DNA of 64,000 nucleotides, taken from Mobula hypostoma. Taxonomy: Eukaryota. The notes below the pieces were generated by a model. The model had not been told where the DNA came from. It did no database searches and saw only the letters and a program-made list of their open reading frames with translations. Where the stretch lies: NCBI RefSeq assembly GCF_963921235.1, contig NC_086097.1, positions 151,282,001-151,346,000 on the forward strand, written 5' to 3'. The position numbers were made by a program, and so were the translations under genes. Positions 39,691-52,159 of the stretch are shown in pieces. Within the stretch, counting starts at the first letter, position 1. The number at the start of each line of letters is the position of its first letter.

Positions 39691-41289
39691 ATTAACCTTG
39701 AATAATCTTCTGGAACAGCATTACAGACCTTCTCCCCCCCCAAAAAAATACTTCCGTTATAATATTTTCAAACCTACAATATTGTACATCAATGCATTAC
39801 CATTCAGTGTAAAACTCGTAAAGCAATTGGACATATCACTCCAAGAGAGATGTTTGTGGACTTCCAACACGGGTTCCTGTCAGTTGTCCTGCTGTTGTAG
39901 AAGGCTGTAAATTGATACATTTCCCTCTGCAGTTTTTATGCCAGCAACACCAACTCCAGCATGGTTCTCAGCACATTGACATAAATGATGGAATGTGCCA
40001 ATATGCAACTCCTTGCATTGGAAGACCAACACATCTTGGGCAGACCAGAGAGCATCAAGTTGAAAATCTTTCAGTATAAGTTGCAGGTTGCCTCAGAATG
40101 TGTCCCCAGGATAGCCAGCAGTGCAGAGAGTCCGGTGTCATGGCATTGCTTATAATGAATTGACTACCTCCTCTGCTTTGAACGATCACTCATGTTATCT
40201 CCTCAATGGACTTGACAAAAGGCTTGAAGCAGTACACAAACAAGACGTAGGAGAGAGAGAGTAGATTTGCTCAGAAAGCAATTCATTTCTCACTCATTAA
40301 TTAGATCAGTGCTACTGAAGTCTGTGTAATGATATAGCCCCAGAGCCTTCATGATTAGTATGATTTGATTCCCTGATGAATGAGCTTATCTTAATCTTTA
40401 ATAATATAACTTAAATAAATGGAGAGTTATTCAACAGAATAAAATTCAACATACATCATGCACAGAGTAGTTAATTGAAAAAACAAATTATCTCATTTAG
40501 TGGGGCCAGTGTGTCTTGCACTGATCTAGTGATATAATTTTCAATAACTTTTCACTGCTTTCACTCTTTCTCCTTTGATCCCTGACCTTTACTTTCTTAT
40601 TGAATGCTGGAGTCTATCAGAGAAGTTTGGCTTTACCCAGTTATTTCGGTGGAATCTCTGTCAGTGTTACTATTTTAATCTGTTACAGAGCAGTCTGCAT
40701 GTGCTTACAAAATCCTTAAGATAGGAAACATTTTGAAGCAGAGATGTTTCCATTTATTATTCACTGCTTTTTTATTCCATGTTAGAAAGTGCACTTGCTA
40801 TTTAATAATCAATTACACATTAACTGCAAATAATATCACATTACGATTCCAATGATTTTAAGATGCTGTTTTTGATCTGCAGTTTAAAATCTTGTAAAAA
40901 TGCATCAAATACAAAGAAGAATGTTTTGTTTTTTTACTCTGATGTAGGCTCTTATGGGTGCATAAAACATGAATAATAACCAATCTCAGGCAACTTATTA
41001 GTGCACACACTCCCTTGAGTCAGAGCTGACCCTTGGTTACTTGTATAGATTTCCTAGGATGGATTATTACACAGTGACCAGTGTAAGGAGGATTTGGTTA
41101 CTCTTCTCTGCCAAGTTTGGGTGGGTCCTCAACTTTAGTAAAGGACTGATAATACAAGCACAGTTCAAAGTTAAAAGAATAGTAATGGCCTAATTCAATT
41201 ACTACACTGAGCTCCAATAAACTATGAACATACTTTGCAGGTTAATATTTCAGCTGACAGATACTGACCCTTATGAAATCTTATCGATG

Positions 41290-41780
41290 CATTCTGTTCA
41301 GATGCATAATTCTGTGTGCGGTAACTGTACTGCATATGATTTCAAAATCTGCAGAGAGTTGTGGACACAGCTAAACCATATCACAGAAACCAGCCTCCCC
41401 TCTATGGGCTCTATCTATACTTCTTACTGCCTCAGTACAGCAGCCAGCACAAAGGCCCCTCCACTGAAAGCACGTACCACAAGGTTCAAGGACAGTTTCT
41501 ATTCCTCTGTTATCTGACTCTTGAATGGGCCTCTTGTACAATATGATGGACTCTAGAACTCACAGTCCACCTTGTTATGATCATGCACTTTATTGTTTAA
41601 ATTTGCCACACTTTTTCTGTAGCCTTTGCATTTTATTCTGTATTGTTATTAGTTTAACTTATTCTAGCTCAGTGCACTGTGCAATGATTTGATCTGTATA
41701 AACGGTATGCAAGACAAGCTTTTCACTGTACTTTGAAACATGTGGCAAAAATCAACCAAAGTTAATACCAATACCAATAC
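41290..41780 (+). mobile_element. Rex1/Babar 3' fragment
   Basis: LPSMGSIYTSYCL..KARTTRFKDSFY followed by a 3' UTR and an (AATACC)n tail. Confidence 0.75.
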
Positions 41781-42584
41781 CCTGGCAATGTTGGGCTTCT
41801 TTGGTACTGCACAGAACTGACCACCCTCTAACTCTGATGCAATAAATGAACCGTACTTCAGATTTGCAATAAACATTTAATGAAAAATATATGAAAATTC
41901 AGTTTAAATTCAGGGGAGGTAAAGAAAGCCAAACCTCCTTCACATCATCACTGTGTTTACTGCAGATGAACATGTGGAAAGTTTCACTGCGCAATAGAGA
42001 ATACTGCTCTGAAATTAGAGAGTTTAGAAAAACTAAAAATGACAACATATTACTTCTAAGCACAATAACAAACATTAGATTTTCTCCTGGATCTTCCACC
42101 TTATATTCAGAACCTTATGTAAATACATCTCCAAATATATGATTATGTCTCCCATTTCATGGATGATTTACTCAATATCTTTGTATGAATACATAAGACT
42201 GGCCCATCGAGCATTTACTTATTGGGAAGAAACATTGTAAATGCTTTGAACAGTTCAACATAAGTTCAGCAGTTCATGTTTTTAGCCTGAGCATGGATTC
42301 CATGATTGCAGGGCCATAGACGAAAAACTAGATGAACGCCTTTCACGAGTGAAATGCGGAAAAGCATTCAAACATATTCTGTACACCCTTCTGCGAATGG
42401 CAAGTGAGCTTTTATTTCTTCCTCATTTCTGTACTACTTCTTCCTTGCATCATCTAATCTTCCATGAGTTAAACGGTTTTGCACCAAAAGAGAGAGGAGA
42501 CATTCTATTCAAATTAGCAGTATGTAGCTGGTGATGATATACAATGAACTGTTTTTGAACTTTAACTATTCGCTATTTTTGTGA

Positions 42585-43340
42585 GCACACACACATAAAG
42601 TGTTGGAGGAACGCAGCAGATCAGGCAGCATCAATGGTTCCTGTTACAGTTTGTAATTCCAGAAACTAATTGAAAGGTTAACACAGAAGCCAGGACATTT
42701 GTCCACTTAGTTTTTCTTACCCTTTTTTAGTGAGGTGATCATATATTACATGATGGCATAATAATGTATGCCATTCCCATACTTCTTACGTATAACCCAT
42801 AATGAATTATGTAAACAAAAAATAACCCTTAATCAAACAATATATTTACAATATTACTCAAATATCACTGAAATATTAAATACACTACAGTTCCCTCACT
42901 CTGCTGGCTCTCTCATCCCTTCTCTTCCCTTTCCTGGTTTCCTGACCTGCCCATCTCCTCTCTATGGTACTCAACCCCTCTCGCTTTATTCCATAGTCCA
43001 CCATCCTCTCCCTTCAGATTCCTTCTGCTTGAGTCCTTTAACTCTTCCACCTATCATCCTCCAGCTTCTTACATCATTCCTTCCACTACCCCTTCCAGCA
43101 TCCACACACATTTCCCATCACCTGGCCTCATGCATCAGCTGCCGGCTTGTACTACTACCCTCCGCTCACCTTCTTGTTCTGACTACTACCCCTTTCCTTT
43201 CCAATCCTGATAAAGGGTCGCTGCCGGAAATGTTGACTGTTTATTTCCCCCATAGATTCTGCTGGATTTGCTGAGTTCTTCCAGCATTTTGTATGTGTGT
43301 GTGTGTGTTGCTCAAGATTTCCAGCTTCTGCATATTTCCT
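42585..43340. mobile_element. Penelope terminal-repeat-derived element with inverted arms, interrupted by a solo LTR
   Basis: Left arm CACACATAAAGTGTTGGAGGAACGCAGCAGATCAGGCAGCAT pairs with right arm CTGCTGGATTTGCTGAGTTCTTCCAGCATTTTGTATGTG. A decayed hammerhead lies at ~43203-43240. Confidence 0.7.
42642..42889. mobile_element. Solo LTR (248 bp)
   Basis: TGT...ACA termini with a perfect 5-bp TSD GTTCC (42637-42641, 42890-42894). Confidence 0.75.
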
Positions 43341-43649
43341 ACGTCACTATTTTTGTGAACTATGTAGTTGATGAGATAGAAAGTCACCTACTTAAGTTAT
43401 CCAATGTCATAAAAAAATAGGTGAACACTGATGGTAGCATTAAGTGTAAAGGAAATACCCACAGTTTTTGCTAATTGATATCTGTTTGACAACTTTCTGT
43501 CCATACAGGCAAATGTGAAGTCACCCATTTGAAAGAACAGAACACTTTCTGCCTGCTGAAAAGCTAGAAGCTGGAGAAGATCAATGTAATTAAGATTGTT
43601 AAAATAGTAGAGAAAGGACTGAAAATAATCAAAAGAGCTAATGGATTAA

Positions 43650-44260
43650 CAGGAGACACAAGAGACTGCAAATTTTGGGATCCGGAGCAAAACAAGGACT
43701 GTGAGAGAAATTCAAGAGCTCAAGCAGCATTTATGAGGAGAGGGAAACTGTCAGTGTTTTGGGTCAAGGCCCTGGAACTGGACTGAGGATGGAGAGGGTA
43801 TAATAGTATAAAGAGGAGAGGGAACATGTAAGACAAGGACAATGAACTGAGAAGAAGTGAAGTGGAGTGGGCAGATGGATCCAAGTGGGGAGGAGGAATA
43901 GGAGTAAGGAATTGGGAGACAGAGGCATGTGGAAGCAGACAAGGAAAAGAAAAAGACAGATGGAGCCAGCTGATGGAGAAAAGGTTAAACTGGACACAGC
44001 CTGGAGCATGATAAGCTTGGACATGAAGGGTACAGGTGCTGGAAACTGATAAGTGAGAAAGGTGATCATGGGAACCATTAGGAAAAAGAAAGAATAGATG
44101 GAACCAGATGGGCATGGGGATATGGTGAGTGAAGTGTGTGGGTAGTAGGTAGATAGAACCAGGAAAAAGAGAGATGATATGGAAAAAGGGAAGAAAATAG
44201 AAGGATCTCAGCTTGATTGGAGGGACAGAAAAAGGGAAACACAGGAGTTACACACTGTTG
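43650..44260 (-). mobile_element. Old Penelope terminal repeat/UTR remnant
   Basis: Decayed AGACTGCA..CTCAAGCAGCAT..CAGTGTTTTGGGTCAAG..GGACTG followed by a purine-rich tract, as at 29295-29900. Confidence 0.55.
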
Positions 44261-44295
44261 GGTTGTACGCAACTGAAGCAGAATATAAAGTAATA

Positions 44296-46635
44296 CACAC
44301 AAAAGGAACTCAGCAGGCCAGGCAGCATCTATGGAAAAGAGTACAGTCGACGTTTCAGGTTGAGACCCTTCATCAGGACTGAGAAAAAGAGAAGAGGTCA
44401 GAGAAAGAAGGTGGGGGAAGAGGTAGAAGTATAAGATGGTAGGTGATAGGTGAAATCAGGAGAGGGGGAGGGGTGATGTAAAGAGCTGGACGTCAATTGG
44501 TGAAAGAGGTAAAGAGCTGAGAAAGGAGAGGACAGAAGGCCATGGGGGAAAGGGGAGGAGCACAAAAGGGAAGTGATGGGCAAGTAAGGAGATAAGGTGA
44601 GAGAGAGAAATGGGAATGAGAAACAGTGAAGGGAGGGGGAAGCAGCAATTACCAGAAGCTTGAGAAACCCAGATGGAATATAAGGTGTTGCTCCTCCCAC
44701 CTGAATGTGACCTCATCACGGAAGTAGAGGAGGCCATGGACTGACATGTCAGAATGGGAATGGGAAGTAGAATTGAAATAGGTGGTCATCGGGAGATACA
44801 AGCAACACACATCAAAGTTGCTGGTGAACGCAGCAGGCCAGACAGCATCTCTAGGAAGAGGTACAGTTGACGTTTCAGGCCAAGACCCTTCGTCAGGACT
44901 AACTGAAGGAAGAGCTAGTAAGAGATTTGAAAGTGGGAGGGGGAGGGGGAGATCCAAAATGATAGGAGAAGACAGGAGGGGGATGGATGGAGCCAAGAGC
45001 TGGACAGGTGATTGGCAAAAGGGATATGAGAGGATCATGGGACAGGAGGCCCAGGGAGAAAGAAAAGGGGGAGGAGGGGAAAACCTAGAGGATGGGCAAG
45101 GGGTATAGTCAGAGGGACAGAGGGAGAAAAAGGAGAGAGAGAGAGAAAGAATGTGTGTATAAAAATAAATAACAGATGGGGTACAAGGGGGAGGTGGGGC
45201 ATTAGCGGAAGTTAGAGAAGTCAATGTTCATGCCATCAGGTTGGAGGCTATCCAGACAGAATATAAGGTGTTGATCCTCCAACCTGAGAGTGGCTTCATC
45301 TTTACAGTAGAGGAGGCTGTGGATAGACCATCTTTACAGTAGAGGAGATCCTGCTTTTTTTGGCAGACGAAGGGTAGGTGCTTGGCAAAGTGGTTTTACA
45401 ACCTATGTCGGGTCTGGCCAATATACAGGAGGCCACACCGGGAGCACCGGATACGGTAGGTGACCTCAACAGACTGACAGGTGAAGTGTCGTATCACCTG
45501 GAAGGACTGTTTGGGGCCCTGAACAGTAGTGAGGGAGGAGGCGTAGAGGCAGGTGTGGCACTTGTTCCGCTTGCATGGAGAAGCCCCAAGAGGGAGATCA
45601 GCGGGGAGGGACAAGTGGACAAGGGCTTCACGTCGGGAGTAATCATTGCAAAAAGCAGTAAGAGTTGAGTGAGGAAAATATGTGCTTGCTGATGGGATCC
45701 CTTTGGAAATGGTGGAAGTTACGCGAAATGGAAGAGGTGCGGGTGACAGCAGTGCTGATGGTGGAGGAAGGAGACTGCCTTCTTTGAAAAAACAAAGACA
45801 TTTCATTAGCTTTCTTCCCTCCATCATCAATGCTGCCTTCAGCCATATTTCTTCCATTTTGCGCACCTCTGCCCTCACCCCATCCACTCGCCACCTCACC
45901 AGGAATAGGGTTCCTCTTGTCCCCACCTACCAACCAGCCAGCCTGCATGTCCAGCACATAACTCTCAGTAATTCCGCCATCTTCAACAGAATCCCACACT
46001 AAGCACATCTTCCCCTCCCAACACCCCACGTTCCACTTTCTGCAGTAATTGCTTCCTGCACGACTCCCTTGTGCACTCATCCCTCCCCACTGATCTCCCT
46101 CCCGGTATTTATCCTTACAAGCAGAACTGGTGCCACACTTGCTTCTACACCTCCTCCCTCACTACCACTCAAGGCCACAAACAGTCCTTCTAGGTGAGAT
46201 GACACTTCACCTGTGAGTCTATTGGTGTCATCCACTGTATCCGGTGCTCCTGTTGTGGCTTTCGGTATATCAGTGAGACCCAATGTCAAGCACCTATGCT
46301 CCATCCACCAGAAAAAGTGGGATCTCCCGGTGGCCACCCATTTCATTTCTACGTCCCATTCTCAGTCCGACATGTCAGTCCATGGCCTCCTCTACTGTCG
46401 GGATGAGGCCACATTCAGGTTGGAGGAGCAAGGTTTTATATTCTGTATGGATAGTCTCCAACTTGATGTCATGAACATCGATTTCTCGAACTTCCAGTAA
46501 TTGCCCCCGCTTCCTTCACCATTCGCCATTCCCATTTCCCTCTCTCTCCTTATCTCCTTATCTGCCCATCATCTCCTTCTGGCGCTTTTCCCCTTTCCCT
46601 CTCTTTTACGGCCTTCTGTCCTCTCCTATCAGATG
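44296..46635. mobile_element. Composite Penelope locus: minus-strand copy, nested younger copy (44798-45343) and inverted plus-strand arm (~45800-46635)
   Basis: GIY-YIG remnants occur on both strands (CSRCGLLYIGQTRHRL on minus; DLPVATHF..MNIDFSNF on plus). GGAGAT flanks the nested copy (44792-44797, 45344-45349). Confidence 0.88.
44344..44381 (-). ncRNA. Minimal type I hammerhead ribozyme (Penelope-associated)
   Basis: Minus strand CAGUC-CUGAUGA-A-GGGU-CUCA-ACCU-GAAAC-GUC^GACUG: complete core, 5-bp stem I, stem II, and palindromic ACGU in place of stem III. Confidence 0.75.
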
Positions 46636-47379
46636 ACTGAATGCTAATGAGATGTCGGTCTATAGACTCTGGAACACAAGTGAGTAGAAGCTATTCTGCA
46701 GCAAATCAAATCCAATCTAGACTACACATTGTGATCAATTCTGAGAAATACATCTTAAGAGCACACTATGGAAGGCATATATTTACCAAAATAATACATA
46801 GAGTCCAGGAGTTGAATTATAAGAAAGGCCTATGTGATGCAGGTTAGCATTTCCCGGAATTTAAAGGTTGCATAGTGATTTTGATGAAATCTTCAAGTTA
46901 TTATAGGATAAATTTTTAAAAATGCTTTCTGCAACGTATGGATTCCTGGGACAGGGGCTCATGGCATAACATCTGGGACTAGGCCTTTCAAGAATGAAAT
47001 GATGGAATACTTCTGCAGACATGCTCCCTTGTGTAAACTCCTGTTGAAGCGCAGTCAATTATTATTATTTAGCCTGAAATTGATAGTTTGTTAAGAACCA
47101 TGAGATGTACAGCAGGCGTAGTGTGGACACAGAGCAGCCATAATCTGATTGATCAAAGCTGATATCCCTGTAATTCAATATCTATCTTGCATTATAGAAA
47201 AAACCACTTAAGTATGCAACACTGTGTGGCTGATGCAATATAAAGCATCTTCAAGAGAGAAAGGAAGAAAATATCAAGAAATAGAGTTTCACAACATTAA
47301 TGAATATTTGTAAATAGTACTTTAATGCTTTGTCTAATTAACACTACAATAATTATAGCTGCACGAAGATAACATTATC

Positions 47380-48530
47380 TTCAAAGATCAAAGTAAATTT
47401 CTTTACAAAGTACTTACAGTATACAACCCTGAGATTCATTTTCTTGTGGACAACCTCAATAAATCCAATAACCATAACCATAATAGAATCAATGAAAGCC
47501 GCACCAACAGGATGGACAAACAATGTGCAAATACAAAAAGAAAGAAGAAAAAGAAATAATAATAAATAAGCAATAAATATCAAGAACATGAGACGAAGAT
47601 TCCTTGAAAGTGAGTCCGCAGGTTGTGGGAACAGTTCAATAAAGGGGCAACTGAAGTTATCCTTCTGGTTCAAGAGCCTAATAGTTGAGGGGTAATATTC
47701 ATTCCTGAACATGGTGGTGTGAGTCCTGAAGCTCCTTTACCACCTTCCTGATGGCAACAGCAAGAACAGAGCATGACCTGGATGGTGGTGATGGGGGTGT
47801 GGGGTCCCTGATGATGGAAACTGCTTTTCTGTGACAATACTTTATGTAGGTGTGCTCAGTGGTGGGGAAGGCTTTACCCATGAGGGACTGGGCCATATCC
47901 ACCAATTTTTGCAGCATTTTCCATGTACACTTGTGCTTATGGAGATTGTGGAGGAGATGTTGTTGCCAATCCAAACTAACTGGGTTCTGCAAATGAGGAA
48001 ATTGAGGATCCAGCCAAGGTCTTGAAGCTTTTGATTAGTTTTGAGGGGATGTTAATATTGAATGCTGAGCTGTAGACAATAAAGAGCATCCCGATGTACG
48101 CATCTTTGTTGTCCAGATGTTCCAGGGTGGAGTGGCGAGCCAATGAAATGACATCTGCTGTGGACCTGTTGTTGCTAGTAGGAAAATTGGAGCAGATCCA
48201 AGTCTTTGATCAGGCAGGAGTTGATATGTTTCAACAACCTCTCAAAACACTTCATCACTGTGAATGTAACTGCTACTGGATGAAAGTCATTGATACAGGT
48301 TATCATGTTTTTCCTAGGCACTGGTATAATTGAAACCTACTTGAAGCAGGAGGGTACCTCAGACTGCCAAAGGAAGAGGTTAGAGATCTCAGTAAACGCT
48401 CCAGCAAGTTGATCAGCATTGATCTTTGGTATTCGGCCAGACACCCTATCTGGGTCTGATGCTTTCCATAATTTCACCCTCCTGAAGAATGTTCTTAAGT
48501 CAGCCTCAGAGACTGAAATCGCAGGCTGTA
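47380..48530 (-). mobile_element. Rex1/Babar LINE, decayed
   Basis: KASDPDRVSGRIPKINADQLAGAFTEI..VPSCFK (48337-48591) and YCHRKAVSIIRDP (47699-47992). Confidence 0.8.
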
Positions 48531-48615
48531 CTGTCCATGCAATATTACTGACACAGTATATACTACATATGGTACAACTCTTAAAACACAAAAACTAATT
48601 GAGAAAATAGATGTA

Positions 48616-51062
48616 TAATAGGTGCTGAGGAAGTGGATTTCTTGGAATGTATGCGGGATGGTTTTTTGAACCAACATGTCGAGGAACCAACTAGAGAGCA
48701 GGCTATTCTGGACTGGGTTTTGAGCAATGAGGAAGGGTTAATTAGCGATCTTGTCGTGAGAGGCCCCTTGGGTAAGAGTGACCATAATATGGTGGAATTC
48801 TTCATTAAGATGGAGAGTGACATAGTTAATTCAGAAACAAAGGTTCTGAACTTAAAGAGGGGTAACTTTGAAGGTATGAGACGTGAATTAGCTAAGATAG
48901 ACTGGCAAATGACACTTAAAGGATTGACGGTGGATATGCAATGGCAAGCATTTATAGGTTGCATGGATGAACTACAACAATTGTTCATCCCAGTTTGGCA
49001 AAAGAATAAATCAAGGAAGGTAGTGCACCCGTGACTGACAAGAGAAATTAGGGATAGTATCAATTCCAAAGAAGTAGCATACAAATTAGCCAGAGAAAGT
49101 GGCTCACCTGAGGACTGGGAGAAATTCAGAGTTCAGCAGAGGAGGACAAAGGGCTTAATTAGGAAGGGGAAAAAAGATTATGAGAGAAAACTGGCAGAGA
49201 ACATAAAAACGGACTGTAAAAGCTTTTATAGATATGTAAAAAGGAAAAGACTGGTAAAGACAAATGTAGGTCCCCTGCAGACAGAAACAGGTGAATTGAT
49301 TATGGGGAGCAAGGACATGGCAGACCAATTGAATAATTACTTTGGTTCTGTCTTCACTAAGGAGGACATAAATAATCTTCCAGAAATAGTAAGGGACAGA
49401 GGGTCCAGTGAGATGAAGGAACTGAGTGAAATACATGTTAGTAGGGAAGTGGTGTTAGGTAAATTGAAGGGATTGAAGGCAGATAAATCCCCAGGGCCAG
49501 ATGGTCTGCATCCTAGAGTGCTTAAGGAAGTAGCCCAAGAAATAGTGGATGCATTAGTGATAATTTTTCAAAACTCGTTAGATTCTGGACTAGTTCCTGA
49601 GGATTGGAGGGTGGCTAATGTAACCCCAATTTTTAAAAAAGGAGGGAGAGAGAAACCGGGGAATTATAGACCGGTTAGCCTAACGTCGGTGGTGGGGAAA
49701 CTGCTGGAGTCAGTTATCAAGGATGTGATAACAGCACATTTGGAAAGCGGAGAAATGATCGGACAAAGTCAGCATGGGTTTGTGAAAGGAAAATCATGTC
49801 TGACGAATCTCATAGAATTTTTTGAGGATGTAACTAGTAGAATGGATAGGGGAGAACCAGTGGATGTGGTATATTTGGATTTTCAAAAGGCTTTTGACAA
49901 GGTCCCACACAGGAGATTAGTGTGCAAACTTAAAGCACACGGTATTGGGGGTAAAGTATTGGTGTGGGTGGAGAATTGGTTAGCAGACAGGAAGCAAAGA
50001 GTGGGAATAAACGGGACCTTTTCAGAATGGCAGGCGGTGACTAGTGGGGTACCGCAAGGCTCAGTGCTGGGACCCCAGTTGTTTACAATATATATTAATG
50101 ACTTGGATGAGGGAATTAAATGCAGCATCTCCAAGTTTGCGGATGACACGAAGCTGGGCGGCAGTGCTAGCAGTGAGGAGGATGCTAAGAGGATGCAGGG
50201 TGACTTGGATAGGTTGGGTGAGTGGGCAAACTCATGGCAGATGCAATTTAATGTGGATAAATGTGAAGTTATCCACTTTGGTGGCAAAAATAGGAAAACA
50301 GATTATTATCTGAATGGTGGCCGATTAGGAAAAGGGGAGGTGCAACGAGACCTGGGTGTCATTATACACCAGTCATTGAAAGTGGGCATGCAGGTACAGC
50401 AGGCGGTGAAAAAGGCGAATGGTATGCTGGCATTTATAGCGAGAGGATTCGAGTACAGGAGCAGGGAGGTACTACTGCAGTTGTACAAGGCCTTGGTGAG
50501 ACCACACCTGGAGTATTGTGTGCAGTTTTGGTCCCCTAATCTGAGGAAAGACATCTTTGCCATAGAGGGAGTACAAAGAAGGTTCACCAGATTGATTCCT
50601 GGGATGGCAGGACTTTCATATGAAGAAAGACTGGATGAACTGGGCTTGTACTCGTTGGAATTTAGAAGATTGAGGGGGGATCTGATTGAAACGTATAAGA
50701 TCCTAAAGGGATTGGACAGGCTAGATGCAGGAAGATTGTTCCCGGTGTTGGGGAAGTCCAGAACGAGGGGTCACAGTTTGAGGATAGAGGGGAAGCCTTT
50801 TAGGAGCGAGATTAGGAAAAACTTCTTCACACAGAGAGTGGTGAATCTGTGGAATTCTCTGCCACAGCAAACTGTTGAGGCCAGTTCATTGGCTATGTTT
50901 AAGAGGGAGTTAGATATGGCCCTTGTGGCTACAGGGATCAGGGGGTATGGAGGGAAGGCTGGGGCGGGGTTCTGAGTTGGATGATCAGCCATGATCATAA
51001 TAAATGGCGGTGCAGGCTCGAAGGGCCGAATGGCCTACTCCTGCACCTATTTTCTATGTTTC
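48616..51062 (+). mobile_element. Very young 5'-truncated CR1 LINE
   Basis: ORFs 48633-49034 and 49296-50975 are in the same frame, separated only by one TGA (49032-49034). Full RT motifs (YLDFQKAFDKV, GVPQGSVLGP, FADDTK), a TTTCTATG tail, and ATGTA at both ends. Confidence 0.95.
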
Positions 51063-51469
51063 TATGTAATTCCCTTCAGTGTTTTGCAACACTATGCTCT
51101 TTAATTGAGGCAGAAGACTGTTGCTGAAAAGTTTCTAACCAGTGTCAGATGCATACACTTTTGTGCCCATTGGACACTATATCATTCCTAAAGCAAGCAG
51201 TTTTTACATAGCATCAGCTGTATGTGCTTGTGTTAAAAAAACACAGATTTTTGTCAGTGATAGTTGTGGAGAAATAAGCAGAAGCATTCAGGCTTGGAGA
51301 TGCTAGAAATGGCCAGGAGTAAATATTAAATTATTTCACTACTTCAACAAGTTAGGAACTACAATGAATTTGAAGCTATCAACAATCATCTTGAATATTA
51401 TAATAAAAATTAAGATGTGGAAGATGCAGTTGTCAAAAACATTGTATGGAGGCAGTTCATACCTACACT

Positions 51470-51818
51470 TAGAACCATAAAAACATAGAAAATCTACAGC
51501 ACATTACAGGCCCTTCAGCCCACAATGTTGTGCTGACCATGTAACCTACTCTAGAAGCTGCTTAGAATTTCCCGATTGCATATTCCTCTATTTTTCTAAG
51601 CTCCATGTACCTATCTAAGAGTCTCTGAAAAGGCTCTTAAAAGACCCTATTTTATCCACTTCTACCACCTTTGCTGGCAGTGCATTCCACCACTCTTTGT
51701 GTGAAAAACTTACCTCTGACATCCCCCGTGTACCATGCGCCTTAAAACAACGTCCCCTCGTGTTAGCCATTTCAGCTCTGAGAAAAAGCCTTTGGCTATC
51801 CACACAATCAATGCCTCT
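51470..51818 (-). mobile_element. CR1 3' fragment
   Basis: ACCATAAAACATAGAA tail, GGCCCTTCAGCCCACAATGTTGTGC, and ORF2 end (WNALPAKVVE). Confidence 0.8.
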
Positions 51819-52159
51819 TGGTGTCTGCACTGATTTTGTTCGTTTACAGTCAATCAAAAGAACACAGCAGCGTAGACTGGACAAACTATTAGGAGCAAAT
51901 AGACAGTTTTATAGTACTGCAGTAGTATTTGTAGTGTTCTAATTTGTCCTGTGTTTCATTTAAATGCCTAATTTGTTACGCAGTTAAACAGTAGTTTGTC
52001 TTTTTTATACCTTTTTTACAATTTCCATGAAACCAGCTAATTGGGGCAGCTGCTTAATTGAGCCAAAATGCACTGGTCCTGATGTATCCAATTAACTGGA
52101 ATTCACTGCATTGCCGATAATCATTATTACTTGCATATCAATAGGGATGTATGGGGCAC

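Larger units (their letters stand above)
48570..52108. mobile_element. Probable Tigger/pogo-type non-autonomous DNA transposon remnant split by two CR1 insertions
   Basis: Right end AATTAACTGGAATTCACTG (CAGTG-type TIR) with subterminal CTTAATTG motifs at ~51100 and 52040-52060. Pieces lie at 48570-48615, 51063-51470 and 51820-52108. The family is inferred. Confidence 0.45.

Noticed and set aside
43720..45224. Many overlapping Ser/Pro/Leu-rich or Gly/Arg/Glu-rich ORFs
   Set aside because: They arise from purine/pyrimidine-skewed Penelope UTR sequence.
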